IMG/VR virus record: IMGVR_UViG_3300045974_000132
Span: 219,740 to 283,739 of that record
DNA length: 64,000 bases
Direction: 5' to 3' (one strand)
Origin: a virus
Part shown: in pieces, positions 9,449 through 16,988 of the stretch
How positions within the stretch are numbered: the stretch's first letter is position 1
How the letters are laid out: every line of letters starts with the position of its first letter
Notes under the pieces: model-generated
Told to the model about the DNA's origin: nothing
The model's database searches: none
Seen by the model: only the letters and a program-made list of their open reading frames with translations
Program-made: the position numbers and the translations under genes

Positions 9449-10147
9449 ATGATTTTCAATACTCCCGCTCACCCTCTTAAACTTACCGGAACGGTATTCA
9501 AAGCTATTGATCCTTTAACCGGTGAGCGCGACTCTTATATCAGTTTGGCCATTCGTACTGCCTCTCCTTTGAATGATCGCCAGAATCTGCTTCATGCGGT
9601 ACTGGGTATTGCTGATGAACTGGTTGAACTCGGTAGCTTAATCCGCTATGAGCAACCTGTTGAAGGTGCTGTATCGGCTTTTGAAAAGTTTAATCTAGCC
9701 CTGATTAAAGAGCTAGGCGACATTACTTGGTTTACGGCTCTGTTCGCTGATTGGGTTCAAAAGGTAAGCTTGGATGTTGATGCCAACACTCTATTTACTC
9801 AAATGGTTGAGACATCTACCAATAACTTCTTGGCTACTAAAGAAGTTAGTCAAGGTGATACCTCTGATGATCTTATCAGCGACATCTATCAAGAAGGTGT
9901 GTACGGTACTGTTGGTCGGTGTATTTCTTTGACTAAGAAGGAATACGCTTACGGTAAGCCGATGTCCTTAGATGCTGCTCAACGCTTGTTTGAGGAAGCT
10001 CTTACTATCGTTATGACCGTTACTGGTGAAAAGAATATTCCTTTTCTTGATGTGCTGGATCGCAACATTGAAAAGCTTTCTGCTCGTTACAAGAAAGCAA
10101 CCTTCACGCAAGAAGAAGCTATCAATCGTGATGAAACGAAGGAGTAA
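9449..10147 (+). CDS. MazG-like all-alpha NTP pyrophosphohydrolase (putative)
   Basis: LGIADELVELG ... IKELGDITWFTALFADW ... LDVD resemble the MazG E..E..E..D metal-binding helices; RBS AAGGA. Confidence 0.4.
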   Translation: MIFNTPAHPLKLTGTVFKAIDPLTGERDSYISLAIRTASPLNDRQNLLHAVLGIADELVELGSLIRYEQPVEGAVSAFEKFNLALIKELGDITWFTALFADWVQKVSLDVDANTLFTQMVETSTNNFLATKEVSQGDTSDDLISDIYQEGVYGTVGRCISLTKKEYAYGKPMSLDAAQRLFEEALTIVMTVTGEKNIPFLDVLDRNIEKLSARYKKATFTQEEAINRDETKE

Positions 10148-10149
10148 TC

Positions 10150-10551
10150 ATGGCACCTGATACTCCACCCTCTGCACAAGCTGTCCTAAACGGCTTTGAA
10201 GAACTGTATGTAGCCAGTACCTATTATGCAAATCTGCGTAAAGCTTTGTATGAAATAGAAGCTACCACTTTTACAATGATGGATATTTCTGTACAGGATA
10301 ACATCATTGCTTCGATCCAAACAAGCTTGCTTCATTTCTTTCTGGAAGTTGGTGGGTTGTTAGAAGATAATTATTCTTTTGATCCCTTTATCAACATCAA
10401 CTTCCACAGTGACTTGTGTACGGCTCACTACATACCTTTTGCTATCACTATGCTGTTTGACAAGAAGGGTGACGAAAAAGACTTAGGGCTTCTTTCAGTT
10501 CTATTCAGTCTCACAATCCTTGAAGGTCGTATTGTTCTGCGATGCGAATAA
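10150..10551 (+). CDS. hypothetical protein
   Basis: 133-aa ORF. Confidence 0.4.
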   Translation: MAPDTPPSAQAVLNGFEELYVASTYYANLRKALYEIEATTFTMMDISVQDNIIASIQTSLLHFFLEVGGLLEDNYSFDPFININFHSDLCTAHYIPFAITMLFDKKGDEKDLGLLSVLFSLTILEGRIVLRCE

Positions 10552-10883
10552 CCACTTTCCAGTGGCAACAACGAGTCTTCACCGCTAAGTCATACAAGAT
10601 CAAGAAGGAAATGGTCGAGTGTGTAGCTTCAGATGGTGAAGCTCGTTCTTTCCCACTTAAAGACCTTATCTGGGTGAATGAACTAAAACGTGGTAAGCAT
10701 ATTCGTTTTCGAGTCTGCTATCGTGTTAAGCAGGAAGTTAGTGGTGTTCAGATAAAGAGCATTAAAAACTCTCCAGCTGTTCCCGGATTCTCAACTGCTA
10801 TTCTTCCTGACGGTAGTACTCTACTTGTTAATAGGAAGTTGAATACTTTATATCGTAAGGACCCTCCTGATGCAAGTCGGTGA
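10542..10883 (+). CDS. hypothetical protein
   Basis: 113-aa ORF overlapping upstream stop. Confidence 0.35.
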   Translation: MRITTFQWQQRVFTAKSYKIKKEMVECVASDGEARSFPLKDLIWVNELKRGKHIRFRVCYRVKQEVSGVQIKSIKNSPAVPGFSTAILPDGSTLLVNRKLNTLYRKDPPDASR

Positions 10884-11823
10884 ATACATAATCCTAGCAA
10901 TCACGCCTATCAAGAATGTTTTAGGGCGCGTAGTCAAGATGGATAAAGAACGAAAGAAGTATCAAGCTGTTCTTGAAAAAGATAGCGTCGATGGTCAAAA
11001 TGTTCCGTTTGACTTTAAGCTTGCTGAGGTAGTTGCTTACTTAGGTAGATCACCTAAAGCAGGTAGTGCGTACGGTGTTCAAGTAGAGCCTCTTCGTGAG
11101 CGTATCGACCATTCGTATTGGGGCGAGATTCGTATCTTTGCTGAGATTGATGACAACCAGCGTAAAGCAATACGCCTTGCTCTGAAACTCACCAAAGAGA
11201 AGCTTGCAAAGATGCGTATGCCTCAGCTTCCTTTGACTGTTGAGATTCGTGAGCAAAAAGGTAAGCTGCGCGGTTTTTACAAGCACAAGCCTAAAGCAGA
11301 GTTTGATACCCTGTGCGCAAAAATCGACGAAGGTGTTTCAGAAATGGACTATATCGTGTCGCACGAATACGCGCATGGTATTTGGTTCCGTCACATGACA
11401 CCTAAGCAGCGCATGTCATGGGTACGTCTATACCATGATGCGATCACGTTGAATGATGTTGCACCGAAAGAACTCAAAGCAATTCTTGAAGACCTCAAGA
11501 GTAACGGTGATCTTCGTTCGTATGCTAAGGAAGTTGAGGAAGAAACATTGTTAATCCTCAAAGCTGTCTTCCGTCATATCAGTCAGGTTCACTCTATTAC
11601 TCGCCAGCACTTTGAAATGGCTTTGATGCTAGGTGACGATGTATCTGTCTACTGGCCGAAGAGTGTAGAGCTTAGTGAGAAGAATGTACTCCTAACGGAA
11701 TACTCAAAACGCTCGCCTGAGGAATTATGGGCAGAAGCCTTTGCTTTGCATTTTACAGGCAAAAAATTACCTAGTAAGATACATGATCTTCTTGATCGGC
11801 ACATGCGTACCTTAGTTAAGTGA
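10870..11823 (+). CDS. putative zinc metallopeptidase-like protein (HExxH)
   Basis: SHEYAHGIWFRH = HExxHx5H motif. Confidence 0.45.
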   Translation: MQVGEYIILAITPIKNVLGRVVKMDKERKKYQAVLEKDSVDGQNVPFDFKLAEVVAYLGRSPKAGSAYGVQVEPLRERIDHSYWGEIRIFAEIDDNQRKAIRLALKLTKEKLAKMRMPQLPLTVEIREQKGKLRGFYKHKPKAEFDTLCAKIDEGVSEMDYIVSHEYAHGIWFRHMTPKQRMSWVRLYHDAITLNDVAPKELKAILEDLKSNGDLRSYAKEVEEETLLILKAVFRHISQVHSITRQHFEMALMLGDDVSVYWPKSVELSEKNVLLTEYSKRSPEELWAEAFALHFTGKKLPSKIHDLLDRHMRTLVK

Positions 11824-11830
11824 GGCTTAT

Positions 11831-12148
11831 ATGGGTGCAGTTACTGGTTTAGATTATACACCTGTTACACGATATGAAAATACTCATACGAATGATGAAC
11901 TTATAAGCCTAGCCCTTAACTCTCCTAGCGATCTTGTTAAAGAGCTTGGGCTACGTTTGCATCTTGCACTATTAGGTGAGTACGATGATGAAGGCAATCC
12001 TAAGTCTGACGGAGAGGAAAAAGAATTCTCCGTTACTAAGGTTAAGGGTAATGTGATTACATGTCAAGACGCAGCAACATTTCAAGTTACCTGCCCGGGT
12101 TGCTATCATCCTTTTAAACTTATTCAATCGTTAAATGAAAGAACATAA
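11831..12148 (+). CDS. hypothetical protein
   Basis: 105-aa ORF. Confidence 0.4.
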   Translation: MGAVTGLDYTPVTRYENTHTNDELISLALNSPSDLVKELGLRLHLALLGEYDDEGNPKSDGEEKEFSVTKVKGNVITCQDAATFQVTCPGCYHPFKLIQSLNERT

Positions 12149-12615
12149 TGAGTTTAGACTTTAAGGAAGTTCTTGATCTTCGCATAGCTGTGCAAGAAAA
12201 GATTAAGAATGATCCAGAGGTATCTTCGGAAGCTTTAATTCGGGACGCTATTATCTGTAGTAATACGGCTCTTGCAGGCAGTACGCCTAGATCCTGTTTG
12301 ATTGAAGCGATTGCTTTACTAACAGTGGCTGTAGACCTTAATGATTATGAAAGGCATACTCCTCACCATAAGATTAAAGCTTTACTAGTCAATGGTACTA
12401 AGCACGGTGAGATTGTTGAAGTCTCCCCTGAAATAAGTATGCACCTTGCTGATGATAGTAAAGAAATCTATACTCGACATAGCCATACTGAAAAGGATGG
12501 TCACTACTATCTAGTACTGGTGTTGGAACTGTCTTTAGTCTCTGTGCATCTGATAAGTATAGAAGAAAACATTGCACATGCTAAATCTAAAATGAAGTTA
12601 GGAGTATCTGCATGA
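12148..12615 (+). CDS. hypothetical protein
   Basis: 155-aa ORF, ATGA-coupled. Confidence 0.4.
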   Translation: MSLDFKEVLDLRIAVQEKIKNDPEVSSEALIRDAIICSNTALAGSTPRSCLIEAIALLTVAVDLNDYERHTPHHKIKALLVNGTKHGEIVEVSPEISMHLADDSKEIYTRHSHTEKDGHYYLVLVLELSLVSVHLISIEENIAHAKSKMKLGVSA

Positions 12616-13367
12616 AACTACTATTAGTCGGTGGGTCTTGTCATGGCTCCACCCATGATGTTGCATCCCCTTATTCTGCTTTTTATGCACTTAAGGGCTG
12701 TGCTTACAAAGTTACTCCTGAAACGATCACTGTAGAAGAACGTAAGCAGAAAGTAACCGTTGCTATCTATGAAGGTTGCAGCGACCTTGAAACTTGGGAA
12801 TTATCTGAGCGCATACTAAATGCTATTCACCTGTATGCTGCTAAGGCTGTAGAACAGATAGGTGAGGAAGGCGTACAAAGTGTTAAGTGTGTACCCGGTC
12901 TTTCTGGACCCAATATTCCAAATATCGTCGGTGAAGCTGCTGACAAGGTACCCGGTGCAGACAAACGTACTGTTGCTGGCGTAGTAGGCCGCTTGCTAGA
13001 AGAAGCTGTTGAACTAGCTCTTGAAGCAGGACTTCCTACAGGTGAGATATATGCACATGTTACAGACAGTATCTATAATCAGTATGTCAAAGCTTCAAAA
13101 GTAACAGGTAGTATCATCTACCCTTCTACTAAGCTTGACGATGATCCTTGGGCGTTCCGAGCAGAAGTCGCGGGTGAAATAGGTGACGTTGCTGTGATGC
13201 TTATGGATGTAGCACACCGTGCCGGAATTGACTATGAAGCAGCACGCCAAGCAAAGATACAGTCCTTCATTACTAAGGTAGACGAGGGCAAGTTCTATGC
13301 CAATGATAAAGGCTTGCTGTACGTTCGTAAACCGCACATGGATTTTAAGAACAATGGAACTGAATAG
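12612..13367 (+). CDS. MazG-like NTP pyrophosphohydrolase (putative, second copy)
   Basis: RLLEEAVELALEAG and AGEIGDVAVMLMDVAHRAGIDYEAA resemble MazG catalytic helices. Confidence 0.4.
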   Translation: MKLLLVGGSCHGSTHDVASPYSAFYALKGCAYKVTPETITVEERKQKVTVAIYEGCSDLETWELSERILNAIHLYAAKAVEQIGEEGVQSVKCVPGLSGPNIPNIVGEAADKVPGADKRTVAGVVGRLLEEAVELALEAGLPTGEIYAHVTDSIYNQYVKASKVTGSIIYPSTKLDDDPWAFRAEVAGEIGDVAVMLMDVAHRAGIDYEAARQAKIQSFITKVDEGKFYANDKGLLYVRKPHMDFKNNGTE

Positions 13368-13563
13368 CAACCTACAAGAAATTGTTGAACACCATGTTCA
13401 CGTAGATAGAGAAGGTGTCATTCATAAGTGCTACCACCAATGTCGCAGACTAATGACTGACCCTTCTTTTTGGGTAGGCTTAACTATAGGTTTTCCTTTT
13501 GAACATCTGCTTTGGGAAAAGGTATGGCCCTTTAAACTGCTTACTGCTTTAATGGGCCTATAA
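13354..13563 (+). CDS. hypothetical protein
   Basis: ATG 13354 overlapping upstream stop; ORF track start 13297 likely too far upstream. Confidence 0.35.
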   Translation: MELNSNLQEIVEHHVHVDREGVIHKCYHQCRRLMTDPSFWVGLTIGFPFEHLLWEKVWPFKLLTALMGL

Positions 13564-13574
13564 GTGTAAAAGAC

Positions 13575-14075
13575 ATGAATAAAGAATCTCAGAAGGTGAA
13601 TGTGCAAGAGTTAATGAAGCAGGTAGATGCTTCTATTGCAGCCTCTAAAGTATTTGACTATAAAGGCTTAGCTGATGGTGTTACAAAGGCTACTTTCAAT
13701 TTTTTTGCCGACTTAAGGGATCGAGGTGTTATCACCTCTTTTGCCGTTTCTGATGCAAAAGTAGTACGTCACACTTGGACAACATTGTATCCTAATTTGC
13801 TAAAGCGCCTTCTAGCTTGGATTGCTTATGACTTAGGCTTAGGCGATGAAACAACACCTAGGTGGTATCATCGTGTTCTACCTTACACTGTTATTAAAGC
13901 TATCGTAGTAAATCAAGAATACTTCGATACTGATACACCTAAAGAAGAAGTGTATTGGTATATTAATGAAATATATGAGGCTACGATTAAGTATCCTCAT
14001 GAAACAATCTGTCAAGACATAGCGGTAGCTCCTGTAACTCCTATAGAGCGTATCTGCATAACACTTAAAGCTTAG
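13575..14075 (+). CDS. hypothetical protein sharing a module with DHH protein C-terminus
   Basis: LLAWIAYDLGLGDETTPRWYHRVLPYTVIKAIVV aligns with LLFIANTLNLPMKDSKKRWYHHILPYKIKSVPV of ORF 8054-9436. Confidence 0.45.
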   Translation: MNKESQKVNVQELMKQVDASIAASKVFDYKGLADGVTKATFNFFADLRDRGVITSFAVSDAKVVRHTWTTLYPNLLKRLLAWIAYDLGLGDETTPRWYHRVLPYTVIKAIVVNQEYFDTDTPKEEVYWYINEIYEATIKYPHETICQDIAVAPVTPIERICITLKA

Positions 14076-14086
14076 GGCATAACATA

Positions 14087-15202
14087 ATGGAATCCACTTC
14101 ACTAGCAGTCAAGTATCGTCCTAAGACTCTAAATGGGCTGATAGGACAAGACCATATTATCTCTGCTGTTACAGGCATGCTGAAGACTAAGAAAATGCCT
14201 TCTGCTATCATGTTGTATGGTCCAACAGGTTTGGGTAAGACAACTACTGCCCGCATCATTGTTCGCTACTTGAACTGTGCAAACCCAAATCCTGAAACAT
14301 ATGCTCCTTGCGGCGAATGTCAAAGCTGCAAGATGAAAGAACACCCAGACGTTATGGAACTCAACGCTGCTGACTCTCGCGGTATTGATGACGTTCGTAA
14401 TCTTATCAACTTGGCTAAGAACATGCCTACGTTTGGTAAGAAACGTTTTATGATTATCGACGAAGCACAGCAGCTTCCTACTTTGTCACAACAAGCTTTG
14501 CTGAAACCTATCGAGGAGCCACCTAAAGATACAATCTGGATCATTTGTACGATGACTCCAGAGAAGATGCTTCCTGCTATTGCAAAGCGTTGTACTAGAT
14601 TGCAAGTTAAGCCTGTTGAGGCGCAAGTATTGGTGAAGCGCCTTTGGCAAATCGGCAAGCGTGAAGGTGTAGATTTTAAAACAATTGAAAACGGTACTAA
14701 GGTACTTAAAACAATTGCTGATTTCTCTAACGGTGGGGTACGTGATGCTATCTCTGCTTTAGAACCTATTATCTATGCTGTACAGAGCGGAGAAAATGTA
14801 GATCCTAATACCGTATTATCTAACTTCCTCGCAAGCCCTGAAGCGGAACTAGATAAGCAAGCTGTGAATGTCCTTATCGCTGTATTCAAGAATGATCTGA
14901 AACTTTTGTTAGAACAAACGCAGGTGTCAGATAATATTCGAGGCATTCTTAATAAGCTTCGCTGGTTGATCGACTACCTTCTGTCTAACAGTATAGGTAA
15001 AGCAAAGTTCATTCCTTATAGCGGGCGTCTATTTGCTAAAGAGTCTAAAGCTTACAGTATAAAGGTAACACTTGCTACCCTTATCAGCCTTCAGAGTCTT
15101 CTGGTAGATATTGAAGTTCGCTTAAATAGCTTCAGCCTTGAGGAGCGCGTTGTCTTTACTGCGATGGTAGGAGAACTCATTAATAACAGGGCTTCAAAAT
15201 GA
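14087..15202 (+). CDS. clamp-loader AAA+ ATPase (DnaX gamma/tau-like)
   Basis: Walker A GPTGLGKTT, zinc module CGECQSCK, Walker B IIDEAQ, sensor SRGIDDVR; overall DnaX/gp44-like order. Confidence 0.75.
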   Translation: MESTSLAVKYRPKTLNGLIGQDHIISAVTGMLKTKKMPSAIMLYGPTGLGKTTTARIIVRYLNCANPNPETYAPCGECQSCKMKEHPDVMELNAADSRGIDDVRNLINLAKNMPTFGKKRFMIIDEAQQLPTLSQQALLKPIEEPPKDTIWIICTMTPEKMLPAIAKRCTRLQVKPVEAQVLVKRLWQIGKREGVDFKTIENGTKVLKTIADFSNGGVRDAISALEPIIYAVQSGENVDPNTVLSNFLASPEAELDKQAVNVLIAVFKNDLKLLLEQTQVSDNIRGILNKLRWLIDYLLSNSIGKAKFIPYSGRLFAKESKAYSIKVTLATLISLQSLLVDIEVRLNSFSLEERVVFTAMVGELINNRASK

Positions 15203-15417
15203 AGTATGTCTTAATCCTATTTATCTTTCTGGCCGGATGCGCTAATGAAGACTGGCAAGAAACACGTAAAAATAATCTTGATAAGGTGAAAGCGTCGTGT
15301 GCTAGTTCTGGTGGACAACTAACTATCACTTATGAAGTATCGACCTTTACTTCATCTATTCGTGTTACCTGTTCCTATCCTTCACAGCTTGACCCTAACT
15401 TGGACTTACAACAATGA
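15199..15417 (+). CDS. small lipoprotein
   Basis: MKYVLILFIFLAGCANE = signal peptide + lipobox LAGC; ATGA-coupled to clamp loader. Confidence 0.5.
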   Translation: MKYVLILFIFLAGCANEDWQETRKNNLDKVKASCASSGGQLTITYEVSTFTSSIRVTCSYPSQLDPNLDLQQ

Positions 15418-15896
15418 AACATCTTACACAAACTCAACTGGTCAATCGAATCTCTGCTCTAATCAAAGGTCAGCTTGCTTCAGATTGTGTTAATGCACTA
15501 CTGATGAATGCTACCAGTATCTTTGAGAACTGTGGTCACAACCTGCTCAAGATTTCTATTGCTGGCACTATGACGACCCTAACAGGCCGTTTGACTCAGC
15601 ACCTTGTAACTGAAAAAGCTTTTTCTCTCAATGCTGAACTGCAACAATTGCTGGAAGACATTGTAGAGAATGGGCCGATCAATACTGTTGGCCATCCTGT
15701 CGATTCTGACAACTTGGTGAAAGCAGGTTTGCTTGTGCGTATCGTTAATCAAGGTATGCCGACATTCATTGCTGCTACGCCTAATGGTCTTGCTCTATAC
15801 CTTAGTTGGTATAGTGTATCTACTATTGAAGAAGCTAAGGCTAAGAAAGCAGCGCCTACAGAAAATCCGCTTCAGCCTAGCTTGGTTGAGAGTTAA
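15414..15896 (+). CDS. hypothetical protein
   Basis: 160-aa ORF. Confidence 0.45.
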   Translation: MKHLTQTQLVNRISALIKGQLASDCVNALLMNATSIFENCGHNLLKISIAGTMTTLTGRLTQHLVTEKAFSLNAELQQLLEDIVENGPINTVGHPVDSDNLVKAGLLVRIVNQGMPTFIAATPNGLALYLSWYSVSTIEEAKAKKAAPTENPLQPSLVES

Positions 15897-15898
15897 AC

Positions 15899-16321
15899 AT
15901 GTTTTCAGAACAGTTCCTTAAAGAACTTAGGCATGCTATAGCCAGTGTAAGAACTTCTAGGTTTTCTGTTCCTATTAGTGTCCAACTACTCGCAAACATG
16001 CGAAGGTCTATCACTGATAAAAATATACCTGTTACGCATATCGTATGCGGTTCAGATGTATGGCCTATACTGTCTTCAGATGACACACTGCGTGCCCTGA
16101 TTATACCTACTGAAAACATAGAGCAGGTTAATATAGGCTTCGTTGCAACAGTCTTTGCGCTACCCATAATCTGCGAAGGTGCGCTACCTAAGCTTAAACG
16201 ATTTTTAAAGCCGAATACTCTTGCTGTTGCAGCCCTGGATACTACACATAAGAATACTTGGCATACTAAATTTCCAGAGCTTAGTGTCTTAGATGCAGTA
16301 GCCTCTTCTATCAGCCGTTAA
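15899..16321 (+). CDS. hypothetical protein, paralog family member A
   Basis: shares PISxxLxANMRxSITDKxIPVTHI(v/i)xGS with ORFs 16373-16966 and 45810-46268(-). Confidence 0.45.
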   Translation: MFSEQFLKELRHAIASVRTSRFSVPISVQLLANMRRSITDKNIPVTHIVCGSDVWPILSSDDTLRALIIPTENIEQVNIGFVATVFALPIICEGALPKLKRFLKPNTLAVAALDTTHKNTWHTKFPELSVLDAVASSISR

Positions 16322-16372
16322 TTAAAAACTTCTGTTTAATGTTCTTCAATCAACTGAGTTTAAGGATGTATA

Positions 16373-16966
16373 ATGAATAAACAAGCATTGGAAACCTTAG
16401 AAGCACTGCATAAAGATATGGGTAAACAGATAGAAACTTTGCTGCAGGATATTAAGCGTTCTGTTCCTCTTTCACCCGAACTAAAAGAGTTCCTTACTGA
16501 GTGGGCCGCTGGTCGTACACCTGTAGCCCCGATTGATGACCAGCCCCCTACTTACTCAAAAGAATTTCTTTTGCAAGTTCGTGAGTTGGCTTTGCATGAG
16601 TCTTCAGAGGTGCGCTTTATTACACCTATTAGTGCGGGTCTTATTTCCAACATGCGTAGCTCCATCAGCAAGGGTTGCTCTTTCACACCTACGCACATAC
16701 TAGCAGGCAATGACTTTTTTAAGTTGATGTTTTCAGAATACACTTTAAGCAAACTGTTCGATCCGATTACTCGTTATACCGATGTTATATCTGGTTACTT
16801 GGGTACTCTGATTGGTCTAGATGTTCTCATTGACTCTTACGACTCTCCGGAGAAACGAATTCTTCCCAATGGGTTTTTAGCAGTTGTTTCTATAGAAACT
16901 TATAAGAACGATGACGGTTCTATCTACCTTAAAATGCACCGCTGCGTTAATGCGTTAATCTCATAA
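16373..16966 (+). CDS. hypothetical protein, paralog family member B
   Basis: ITPISAGLISNMRSSIS...PTHILAGN...FDPITRYTDVISGYLGTLIGLDVLIDSY strongly similar to 45810-46268(-). Confidence 0.45.
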   Translation: MNKQALETLEALHKDMGKQIETLLQDIKRSVPLSPELKEFLTEWAAGRTPVAPIDDQPPTYSKEFLLQVRELALHESSEVRFITPISAGLISNMRSSISKGCSFTPTHILAGNDFFKLMFSEYTLSKLFDPITRYTDVISGYLGTLIGLDVLIDSYDSPEKRILPNGFLAVVSIETYKNDDGSIYLKMHRCVNALIS

Positions 16967-16988
16967 TTAAAAGCTACAAGGTTGGAAT

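Noticed and set aside
16360-16375. TATAAT hexamer at 16366 looked like a promoter -10
   Set aside because: The start codon of ORF 16373 sits inside or just after it (tataATG), so a transcript started here would lack the start. There is no credible -35 either, so it is a coincidence.
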